From contig JAKAKE010000179.1 of NCBI GenBank assembly GCA_021824625.1, forward strand, positions 16,060 through 80,059: DNA of 64,000 bases. Direction: 5' to 3'. The position numbers and the translations under genes are program-made. Below, in pieces: positions 62,633-64,000 of this stretch. How positions within the stretch are numbered: position 1 is the first letter of the stretch; every line of letters begins with the position of its first letter. Source of the stretch: Bacteroidota bacterium (GTDB lineage Bacteria; Bacteroidota; Ignavibacteria; Kapaibacteriales; UBA2268). The notes under the pieces were generated by a model. The model ran no database searches. It worked only from the letters and a program-made list of their open reading frames with translations, and was not told the origin of the DNA.

Positions 62633-62650
62633 TCATTCGTAATGAGCAGG
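62633..62650. repeat. attR core (TCATTCGTAATGAGCAGG)
   Basis: Exact copy of 6044-6061. Confidence 0.85.
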
Positions 62651-62677
62651 CCGGCGGTTCGAGTCCGCCTGTTGGCT
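62633..62677 (+). pseudogene. orphan 3' part of tRNA-Thr (native host 3' half displaced by prophage integration)
   Basis: Anticodon loop/3' stem, T arm GGCGG-TTCGAGT-CCGCC, acceptor 3' strand TGTTGGC and discriminator T. No 5' half is present. Followed by a T-run. Confidence 0.85.
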
Positions 62678-62739
62678 CGGAAAATTTTTTATTGATAAGA
62701 TTGTAAGGACACGGAATGTCGTGCCATTACTTTTTCAAT

Positions 62740-63765
62740 TTATTGGCTTACATGATAACGCAGCATACCGGATTCACTTCCAATAATTTTATAGTTATAT
62801 AATCCTCCCAAGGATATTGTTTTAGAGTCAAGTCTTTGCAATATTAATCCAATGTTTTCTCCATACCAGCGATGCTCGGTTACAATGAAAAATAATGGGA
62901 ATTCAAAAATTCCTACTTTAATATTTCCATCAAATGTATAAAGTGTTTTATACTCTTGTGACATCACACTCAACGTTTGATTTTCACCTGTATTTATGGG
63001 TTTCTTCTCTCCTTTTTCCATTTTAAGTGCAAATGTTCCGGTTAATTTGCCTTTACCAAAATTGGGAATTTCAATATCTTCATTATTAAAAGTTTGGGAA
63101 AAAACTTCCCATAATAATGAATCAGGATCGGCTATTACAATCCATGCTTTAGGGACATCAATAGGTAATGGCATTTGACTTTTTTCAGGCATTATTTCAG
63201 CTACTGTTGCATATAATTTCCCATTCTCTGTATAATAATATTGTTCCTTAGTTGAAAAGTCATAGTTATGTGTGTAAATATCACAATATTTACCATATAA
63301 TTCCCATGTTAAGGTAATTGCCGTAGAATCTTCAATTCTGGAATTCAAGTTCTTATTACCCTGGTCATCAAGAGTAAAATTTTCATAAATCCAGTAATTT
63401 CCCACAGAGGAAGGGAAATAATTCTTATGTATCGTTATAGATAATTCATTACTTGTTTTGCTATTAACAATAACAACAACCTGCCCGCTTACTGCATCAG
63501 TTGGGATTAAAAATACTATTGTGGAATCGGACCAGCTTATATAATTGATAATCTGTGTGCCTCCGCATACTGCATGGGCGCCTATTGGCTGAGGAGAAAC
63601 AAAATTATAACCGCTAATAACTAAGGTGTCACCGACAACAGCAACTGTTTTCGATAATGACATTATTTTTGGCATATCCGAAGTAGTAGTTGTTTCGGAA
63701 CACGAATTAATTAAAAATAATGAAGATAAAATCAATTTCAGATAAATTAATTTTGTAATTTTCAT
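62740..63765 (-). CDS. host lipoprotein with N-terminal IPT/TIG-like domain
   Basis: 341 aa. Lipobox LINSC and VAVVGDTLVISGYNF. Confidence 0.6.
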   Translation of the reverse strand: MKITKLIYLKLILSSLFLINSCSETTTTSDMPKIMSLSKTVAVVGDTLVISGYNFVSPQPIGAHAVCGGTQIINYISWSDSTIVFLIPTDAVSGQVVVIVNSKTSNELSITIHKNYFPSSVGNYWIYENFTLDDQGNKNLNSRIEDSTAITLTWELYGKYCDIYTHNYDFSTKEQYYYTENGKLYATVAEIMPEKSQMPLPIDVPKAWIVIADPDSLLWEVFSQTFNNEDIEIPNFGKGKLTGTFALKMEKGEKKPINTGENQTLSVMSQEYKTLYTFDGNIKVGIFEFPLFFIVTEHRWYGENIGLILQRLDSKTISLGGLYNYKIIGSESGMLRYHVSQ

Positions 63766-63780
63766 ATTTACCTCTTTTAA

Positions 63781-63999
63781 TTATTCGTTAATTATTACAA
63801 CAACATTATATCTTAATAATTTTTTCTCGAATCCTTCAAACATATAAGTTCCAAATAATGGAACTGCAAATTTTGATTCATCATAAGTCTGCAGGAGTAT
63901 TCCGACTTTTTTATCAAACCAGGAATGTATGGTAATTGTAAAAGTTTGCTTTACTGTTGGTGCAAGGCTAATATAACCTTCAAATGTAAAAAATAGTTT
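63781..63999 (-). CDS. partial CDS (C-terminus only), paralog of the 62740-63765 product
   Basis: Minus-strand translation ...KLFFTFEGYISLAPTVKQTFTITIHSWFDKKVGILLQTYDES... aligns with ...LYTFDGNIKVGIFEFPLFFIVTEHRWYGENIGLILQRLDS.... Stop codon at 63783-63781. Confidence 0.5.
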   Translation of the reverse strand, partial: KLFFTFEGYISLAPTVKQTFTITIHSWFDKKVGILLQTYDESKFAVPLFGTYMFEGFEKKLLRYNVVVIINE

Positions 64000-64000
64000 G

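Larger units (their letters stand above)
6044..62650. mobile_element. integrated temperate tailed prophage (~56.6 kb), apparently complete
   Basis: Bounded by an exact 18-bp direct repeat in the tRNA-Thr gene. Contains integrase, xis-like gene, CI/Cro, replication, packaging, head, tail and lysis modules. Confidence 0.9.

Noticed and set aside
6044-62650. Transposable (Mu-type) phage, suggested by the Mu-like head genes
   Set aside because: No transposase or MuB-like ATPase ORF is recognisable. The ends are a tRNA att duplication with an adjacent tyrosine integrase.
62633-62677. A second, independent tRNA gene at the right end
   Set aside because: Only the anticodon loop to the 3' acceptor strand is present. 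No 5' acceptor or D arm lies upstream, so it is the displaced host 3' half.

Overview
AT-rich window, apparently from an FCB-group bacterium (Bacteroidota/Ignavibacteriota-like). The evidence for that placement is two C-terminal T9SS sorting domains and TAnnTTTG-type promoter boxes. An apparently complete temperate tailed prophage of about 56.6 kb occupies 6044-62650. It is integrated into the anticodon-loop region of a tRNA-Thr(CGT) gene. An exact 18-bp direct repeat (TCATTCGTAATGAGCAGG) marks both ends, and the displaced native tRNA 3' half lies at the right end. Host flanks: on the left, a MoxR ATPase, FeoA/FeoB, a DtxR-family regulator and a T9SS-tagged PQQ sugar dehydrogenase; on the right, two paralogous lipoprotein genes. 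Prophage layout from left to right: (1) tyrosine integrase; (2) a DUF433/DUF5615 (VapBC45-like) toxin-antitoxin pair; (3) a minus-strand operon of cargo genes led by and translationally coupled to the CI-like repressor, encoding a lipoprotein/TM protein, a BNR-repeat T9SS substrate, a secreted NucA-like nuclease, a 6-TM voltage-gated-type K+ channel and a small secreted protein; (4) a cro/xis early region with a tRNA(CAT); (5) a recombination module (PD-(D/E)XK exonuclease plus a protein with an SSB-like tail) followed by an aberrant 113-nt tRNA-like RNA; (6) many small ORFs, an HNH endonuclease and a DUF5131 protein; (7) a prim-pol/helicase followed by an iteron-rich putative origin; (8) an SNF2 helicase, a resolvase-like nuclease and an amidoligase; (9) a minus-strand packaging/head operon (ParB-methyltransferase, TerS, TerL, Mu-type portal, Mu F, Mu G) divergent from a plus-strand operon for head, connector, lysis and tail genes. 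The tail region includes three glycosyltransferase-like genes, a chaperone pair with an A7 -1 frameshift site and a 1487-aa tape measure protein. At the right end a Panacea (DUF4065) antitoxin-like gene is paired with an uncharacterised 162-aa partner. I rate that pair the best candidate for an undescribed toxin/defence module. All family calls come from reading motifs by eye; no database search was run.
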